From an uncultured delta proteobacterium (GTDB taxonomy: Bacteria > Myxococcota > B64-G9), in contig CAVWHX010000003.1 in NCBI GenBank assembly GCA_963754925.1, positions 672,001-736,000 on the forward strand: a stretch of 64,000 nucleotides of DNA. Reading direction: 5' to 3'. Made by a program: the position numbers and the translations under genes. Below the pieces are notes generated by a model. It made no database searches. It saw nothing but the letters and a program-made list of their open reading frames with translations, and was not told where the DNA came from. Below, piece by piece: positions 58,121 through 64,000 of this stretch. How positions within the stretch are numbered: the stretch's first letter is position 1; each line of letters starts with the position of its first letter.

Positions 58121-59926
58121 GTGTCGACCCTATTGACCTATCATCGGTTGTGTAAAACCTATGGCGCCAAGCCGCTATTTACGGATTTGGATATCCACGT
58201 GGATCCTGCCGACCGTATCGGAATCATCGGGGCCAACGGATCGGGTAAGACCACGCTGCTACGAATCTTGGCTGGTTACGAAGATGCGGACTCGGGTGAG
58301 CGCATACAGCGTAAAGGTCTGCGCATCGGTTTCGTGGAGCAAGAACCGGTCATTGAACCGTCCATGACGGTGGCTATGATCCTCGCGCAGGCTCTAAAAA
58401 CCAACCCGCCAGATTACGAAGAGAATGAGGTCGATCACCAGGTTCGCATCAACGTGATTCTGGGCAAGCTGGGCTTTCCGGATCCTGCGCAGCCCGCGGA
58501 TCAACTATCGGGCGGTTGGCAAAAGCGTTTGGCCATCGCGAAGGTCTTGATCGGTGAGCCTGAGCTTCTGTTTATGGACGAGCCTACCAATCATCTGGAC
58601 TTGTCCAGTATCCTTTGGTTGGAGCAGTATCTGCGTGCCCGCACTCTGGCCTATGCCGTTGTCAGCCACGACCGCGTTTTTCTCGATCGGGTGGCCAGCA
58701 GTATCATAGAACTCGATCCGCGCCATCCGGGCGGGCTGCTCGTCGTGCAGGGGGGGTACCGCGCTTTTCTGGAAAAGCGCTCGTTGACCCTTGCCATCCG
58801 CGCCCAGACTGAGCAATCCTTGGCCAATAAGGTCAATCGCGAGATCGAATGGCTCCGGCGCGGTCCGAAGGCCCGCGGCACCAAGGCCGCAGGCAGAATT
58901 CGTGAGGCCGAGGCGCTCATCGCCGATCTGGACCGGATGCGCTCGCAGAGGACCGACGATCCAGCGGCCATCGAACTGACCGCAACCGGAAGAAAAAGCA
59001 AACAGCTGGTCATACTCTGCGGCGTCGATAAAACCCTTGGTGAAAAGCAGCTGCTGCACGGGTTGGACCTCCTGTTGCGACCCGGGCTGCGCCTTGGTCT
59101 CGTCGGTGACAATGGATCCGGCAAGACTACCTTGCTGCGCATCCTAACGGGAGAGATTCTTCCCGATGCCGGCATCGTGCAGCGGATCGACGGGCTGAGT
59201 GTGGTGTATTTTTCTCAGAAGCGTGAGGCGTTGCAGCCGGAGGTGAGCTTGCGGCGAACGCTTGCCCCCGAGGGCGATTCGGTGATCTACCGGGGTCGGG
59301 AGATCCATGTTGTCTCCTGGGCCCGTCGGTTTTCATTTCATGCCGAGCAGTTGGATCAGCCCGTCGGCAGATTGTCCGGCGGAGAGCGGGCCAAGGTCGC
59401 TCTGGCTCAACTCATGTTGCGGCCGGCCGATGTGCTGTTGTTGGACGAGCCCACCAACGATCTTGATATTCAAACTCTTGAAGTGTTGGAAGAAAGCCTC
59501 CTGGATTTCCCCGGGGCTCTGGTGCTGGTCAGTCATGATCGCTTCTTGGTGGATAACGTGTGCAATGTATTACTAGGATTGGATGGCCGGGGCGCAGCAA
59601 CCATACTTGCCGATGTCGCTCAGTGGGAAGAGTTGGTCGCGAAACCGACGCCGCCCTTGGCACCCCCGAAGGTCAAGCGAGACACCCGCAAACCGCGTAA
59701 GAAGAGTCTTTCCTATCTGGAGAAGCGCGAGCTTGCGGGCATCGAGGAAGCCATACGCACTGCCGAAGCGGATCTTCACGCGGCGCAGCAGGCGCTCGCG
59801 GATCCAACCATCGCTTCCGAAGCCGCGAAGGTTCTCAATCGCCACCAACAGATGCACCGGGCCCAAGCCGAAGTTGAACGACTGTATTCCCGTTGGGTCG
59901 AACTGGATGCCAAGGCACGGGGCTAG
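58121..59926 (+). CDS. uup: ABC-F family ATPase (Uup-like)
   Basis: Two ABC domains (GANGSGKT, GDNGSGKT, LSGG, DEPTN), EWLRRGPKAR.TK linker, LSY.EKREL coiled-coil tail. Confidence 0.85.
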   Translation: MSTLLTYHRLCKTYGAKPLFTDLDIHVDPADRIGIIGANGSGKTTLLRILAGYEDADSGERIQRKGLRIGFVEQEPVIEPSMTVAMILAQALKTNPPDYEENEVDHQVRINVILGKLGFPDPAQPADQLSGGWQKRLAIAKVLIGEPELLFMDEPTNHLDLSSILWLEQYLRARTLAYAVVSHDRVFLDRVASSIIELDPRHPGGLLVVQGGYRAFLEKRSLTLAIRAQTEQSLANKVNREIEWLRRGPKARGTKAAGRIREAEALIADLDRMRSQRTDDPAAIELTATGRKSKQLVILCGVDKTLGEKQLLHGLDLLLRPGLRLGLVGDNGSGKTTLLRILTGEILPDAGIVQRIDGLSVVYFSQKREALQPEVSLRRTLAPEGDSVIYRGREIHVVSWARRFSFHAEQLDQPVGRLSGGERAKVALAQLMLRPADVLLLDEPTNDLDIQTLEVLEESLLDFPGALVLVSHDRFLVDNVCNVLLGLDGRGAATILADVAQWEELVAKPTPPLAPPKVKRDTRKPRKKSLSYLEKRELAGIEEAIRTAEADLHAAQQALADPTIASEAAKVLNRHQQMHRAQAEVERLYSRWVELDAKARG

Positions 59927-60870
59927 GTTGGATTTTTCTTTAGCTTTTGGTTGTTGTTGATTAAGGTTAATAAACCATACAAGCTCTCGATATGCGGAAC
60001 ATTGATGGCATGCCGTTGCGCTATTCTCACCGCGTTACCCAAAATCGCTTCAACCTCCATTTCCCGGCCGTTTTCATAGTCGAGCAACATGCTGGTCTTA
60101 TACGGTTTCATAACCATGGTATCGTCGATATTTTTAGTGATAACCGTCTCCGGGAACGGATGACCGGTCGCCTCGGCCAATACTCGTACTTCCTCCATAA
60201 CCTTCCGCGCCAAAATCAACAATGGTTCAGTGCCGGTCATCGCCGTGGTGTCGACGCCGCCGCCCAATACCGACATGGGATTAAACGGTGCGTTCCAGAC
60301 AAGTTTTATCCACCGGGCGGTAACAATGTAGTCGGTGATAGCGCATTCGACGCCGGCATTGATAAAAAGCTGCTCGAGCATCTCAGCTTTTTCAGAACGT
60401 CCGGAGGGATAGGTGCCTATGATGAGCCTTCCATAATCGAGGTGATCTATTTGTCCCAATCCAATTCTATTGACACAGACGAATGCGAGCGCGCTGATGA
60501 TCTCATTTTTTGGAAAAGCCCGGGCTACCGGTTCCTCAACATCAATTCCGTTTTGGAGCAACACAATTGAAGTCTGAGGAAAAACTTTGCTCTTTATCAA
60601 TTTCGCGACGTCTATGTGCGGCAACACCTTCGTCGCCACGATGATATAGTCGGGAATTGACGAATACTCCGCAATATCTTTCATGACCTCGTGCGGCGCA
60701 AAATGAAAATCACCCCACACGCTTTTGACCGCAATGCCGTTGTTTTTTACCGTTTGATAATCAGACCTGCAAACAGTCGACACCCGAGCGCCAGCCTGGG
60801 CAAGCTTGCCGGCATAGAGACTCCCCACGGCTCCGGTGCCTATCAATACAATATTAGGTTGATTGGGCAT
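59923..60870 (-). CDS. panE: 2-dehydropantoate 2-reductase
   Basis: GTGAVG, LQNG, W.KLVWNAPFN, KTSMLLD, MEVEAI.G. Confidence 0.9.
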   Translation of the reverse strand: MPNQPNIVLIGTGAVGSLYAGKLAQAGARVSTVCRSDYQTVKNNGIAVKSVWGDFHFAPHEVMKDIAEYSSIPDYIIVATKVLPHIDVAKLIKSKVFPQTSIVLLQNGIDVEEPVARAFPKNEIISALAFVCVNRIGLGQIDHLDYGRLIIGTYPSGRSEKAEMLEQLFINAGVECAITDYIVTARWIKLVWNAPFNPMSVLGGGVDTTAMTGTEPLLILARKVMEEVRVLAEATGHPFPETVITKNIDDTMVMKPYKTSMLLDYENGREMEVEAILGNAVRIAQRHAINVPHIESLYGLLTLINNNQKLKKNPT

Positions 60871-60961
60871 GTGACTCCACGGGTGACCAGTCCAAAAGAT
60901 GCTTGTACAGGAAACATCCTGTCGGAGTCAACGGCGTCGTGAAGGTTTGTGATACGGTGAG

Positions 60962-63480
60962 CTACTGTACGGTTACGGTGACCTGTAGGCCCGGCGCCCA
61001 CGTAACCGAATCGATCGTTGGATTAATATCGACAGTGTCCGAGGTGGTCGCGGTCGAGCCGCCGGTAATGGATATTTGCCCGTAGCTCCCACCAACATAA
61101 CCCCCAATACTGGTAACTCGGTAACAAGGTGAGCTCGGACAGGTACTGGAACACACAGTAGGAGTCGTGGGCGGTGGTTGGTCGCAATACAGCTGCGTGA
61201 AATCCATCCCGAGGTTATCTACTGTTGTGGGCGTAACTATTAACTTCGGTATGGAGGTGCCCATCTCAGAACTGGTGGCGTATGTCGTTGCTGAAGGCGC
61301 AAGCGGGTTTAGGTTCTCATCCTTAAAACAAAATCGACAACTACTGTGGTGGCGGTCTGCTTGTTGGCTGAGGATAGGACCAATACGCTCGCTGGAGTAA
61401 CAACTGAAAATTTAGGCCCAAAAACTGGCGACCCGGTATAGAGTACCCGAGTCTCCGCCCAAATAGTGGTGTCCGCGTCCCACTGGCCGTTTGGGCCGTC
61501 GTATTTCCCGTTATTGTTTAGGTCCACAAAGTACTCACCAGAGTCGTATACTCCATTGTCGTTTGCGTCGATAAATGGTTCGCCTTGGTCAATGTAAGGC
61601 TCTCCCAAATCCCAAACACCATTACCGTTCAGGTCGATGAATCCTTCCTCACCCTTTGCCATCACGATAATGGTGTTCAGGCCGTCACGCGGGTTGTGCG
61701 TCGATGCGCCGCATTCACTGGTGGGAACTGAAGGCTCACCCGCAATTGGCGCGACTTCTTCGGGCAGTTTGTAACCCGTCACTGAGACGGTGTCGCTGGC
61801 GAATCCAAGGTTTGCCGTCTGGTCTTCGGATTTTGTCGGGTCGTATTGGGCAGTAAATGCCGGCGGACCAGCGGCGCCCGCCTCGCTGCTAAATGTTGCA
61901 AGTATCGCCCTGCCGAGCACGTTGTTGAAACGATCAGCGAAGTAGGCTTTACACTGGATAGGGCTCTCAGGTCCGCTATAATAGGTGTTTACACAATCGT
62001 GATCGAAGGCCAGGGCAGGGATGTTCTTCGGCCCACACTCGAGCGAAATATGCGCGCCGCTCGCCTTGGCGCCCACAATGGCGATATTTTGAATGGTGTA
62101 GTTACTCGTAATGCCGCCCGCAGTGGCAGTCACCTTGATGGCCACAAGACCAGCGGCCGTGCCTGAATAAAGATTAACGTACGCCATGCCCTGCGTATCG
62201 GGCGCACCAGCAGGAGAAGTCGTCTGGCCTAAATAACCAAGGCAGTAATTGGCCTGCAAACAAGTTCCTGTGTCCGGTGTCCATGGGGTCGATATCGTGG
62301 ACCCGCCGAGTTGCTGGTGCTCGAAGCGCACATTGAGTCCATCGGGGTATGGTTTTTGTTGGGTGTCAAGGAGAAGAACGCTGATCTGATTCTGTTCGTT
62401 CCACCCCGAGTACTTCACGCCCATGACGGGGTTTTGAATCACGCCGATCTGAATAGAGCCGAGCGCCGGCATGGTGACCAGCGTCGTGAGGCTGACTTGC
62501 GGAACGGCGGTGAGTGCAGCAGTAATGGTGGCGGTTCCTGCCGTGGCGCTCGCCTGAAAGGTAACGGTGGCAGTGCCGTCGGCGCCTGTGGCCACTACGG
62601 TGGAAGCGACGGGCGAGCCTCCAACAACGAACGCTCCGAAATTGGTCGTCAGCGTGAGCGAGGCGCCGGCTTGTGGCGTAGACGTTTTGGTGACGGTGAC
62701 GGTGACGGTGGTGGTCGCTTGACCGTCGGCCGGCAGCCGGGTGCGTTTTGGCACCACCGTGAGGCCGTAGCCTGACGAGAGATCGGTACAGACACCGCTC
62801 TGGCAAACAAAGGTGACATACCCACTCTTGCAATTTTGTCCATCGCAGGAGGATTCTTGGCAGTCGATGAGGCCATTGCAGTTGTCGTCGACGCCGTTGT
62901 TGCATATCTCCGTAGAATTGGTCGGGACGCAGGTCGGCAGAACGCACACAAGGCTCTGGCAGGTGCCGGCCGTTCCGTTGAGGCTGCACACTTTTTGGTC
63001 GCAGTCCGGATCGGCACAGTCGATGAGGCCGTTGCCGTTGTTGTCCGAGCCGTCGTTGCAGATGGTCTCGTATCCGATAAACGTCAACGTCACACTGCCC
63101 ACGGCGCCATTGGAGTCGACCGCAGTCACCTTGACAGCTCCCGTGCAGGCGCTGTCAGTGCGCGCATCGCACGTGGTGAGAACGACCGAGCCGGAAAGCC
63201 CGTTGATATTTATTACATCGGTGCCCCCGACGAAGGTGCCGAGAGGAGTTTTCACCGTAATGGGCGCCTTGGTGGCGCCACTAACGTTAATCGTCACCAC
63301 ATTGGTGCCGTTGGCCTTCACGGCGTTTGGTACCGTGCCCGTGCCTTCCGCAGCAGTGGCGCTGATGGTTGGGGTCAGGGTTAGCGAATTCTGTCCCGAT
63401 GACGAGCTGCTTGAGCCGCTGCAGGCGGCGAAGGACCATACGGCAACGAGAACTATCAGGTTTCCAGACAATGCGCGCAT
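60962..63480 (-). CDS. Large Cys-rich lipoprotein with Ig-like domains and DxNxNG repeats, -1 frameshift near 61325
   Basis: Lipobox FAAC followed by a Ser linker; EICNNGVDDNCNGLIDC-type repeats; LPADG..TVTV Ig-like segment; F.D.N.NG..D.GE repeats. Adding one T joins FVF-KDENLNP to the 60962-61264 ORF. Confidence 0.78.
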
Positions 63481-63717
63481 CGCTACCCTCCACAATAAAG
63501 TTAACCAATTCAATTAGTTATTGTTTTGCGGCGCTGTTAAACAACGTATGCTATTCAATAGGCTAATCCCGCACCTCGGTCCTAACAGAAGTATGATAAA
63601 GAACTTTGAATAAATACTCAATTTTTTTGCCTTAGCGAATCCCCATTGCATCGAATGTTCAACCGATGTTAAAGTAACTTCTGTGTTGGATTATAAATTC
63701 CATGAGGAGAACCACCT

Positions 63718-64000
63718 ATAAAAGATCCTTTTGGTAACACGCAGGGCCTTAAGCCGAGCCAGCTCCATCTGCTGCAAAACCTCTACAACCGGCGGGTTCG
63801 TCCCTGGCAAATCGTCAGTCCGGAATTAGCCCGCAGTTTGTGCGAGCGGTCTTTAGAGATCGGTCGGAACGTCGGCGTCCTCCTCGACCGGCGCGGGTAT
63901 GTCGAGTGGGTGTTGGTGGGAACCCACCAAAAAGTCTTCTTGCCCGACCTCGGCAGCCGCCGCGCGGGTCGCCAGCATTTTCGCGGACTGCGGCTCGCGT
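63718..64000 (+). CDS. hflX: GTPase HflX, long N-terminal form (partial)
   Basis: Manual translation: KDPFGNTQGLKPSQ..L..LY.RR...ELA..L...S.EIGRNVGVLLDRRG.V..V.VG...LPD...R.G...RGLR; SD GAGGAG 8 nt before ATA. Confidence 0.8.
   Translation, partial: MKDPFGNTQGLKPSQLHLLQNLYNRRVRPWQIVSPELARSLCERSLEIGRNVGVLLDRRGYVEWVLVGTHQKVFLPDLGSRRAGRQHFRGLRLA

Noticed and set aside
1..64000. tRNA or rRNA genes
   Set aside because: None recognised by eye; a tRNAscan-SE/Infernal run would be needed to exclude them.

Overview
Bacterial genomic window, most likely from a Myxococcota/deltaproteobacterium-like organism (inferred from the HRDVSP-type Ser/Thr kinase with a PEGA-like domain, the Cys-rich lipoprotein repeats and the long-N-terminus HflX). 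Bases 1-18.6 kb hold a minus-strand type VI secretion (T6SS) core cluster: tssA, hcp, orf, tssJ, K, L, M, B, C, E, F, G, H(clpV), orf. A divergent cassette at 20.2-25.4 kb carries vgrG, a PAAR-like(DUF4150)/M91 metallopeptidase effector, a putative immunity gene and a DUF2169 adaptor. Bases 25.5-35.8 kb contain partly decayed flagellar regulatory genes (motA/motB chimera, histidine kinase, sigma54 activator, flhG, fliA, maf) with clear sigma54 promoters, interrupted by two tandem alpha/beta hydrolases. Next come a minimal SufC/SufB-like pair, a ZIP transporter, mgtA, an MBL hydrolase, a Ser/Thr kinase, a PfkB kinase and a complete IS481-family element. The his operon follows, with a His-leader attenuator and a HisD-HisC fusion; then GH57/GT4, an ABC-F ATPase, panE, a large Cys-rich lipoprotein and the start of hflX. 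At least eight genes are broken by single-base indels, mostly in short homopolymers, which suggests uncorrected long-read errors, so split genes are reconstructed here. The most notable items are an apparent TssL-FHA fusion, the PAAR-like/M91 effector cassette, a covarying double-hairpin repeat family, the his attenuator with the HisD-HisC fusion, and the MotA/MotB chimera. All family assignments come from motif recognition by eye; no database searches were run.
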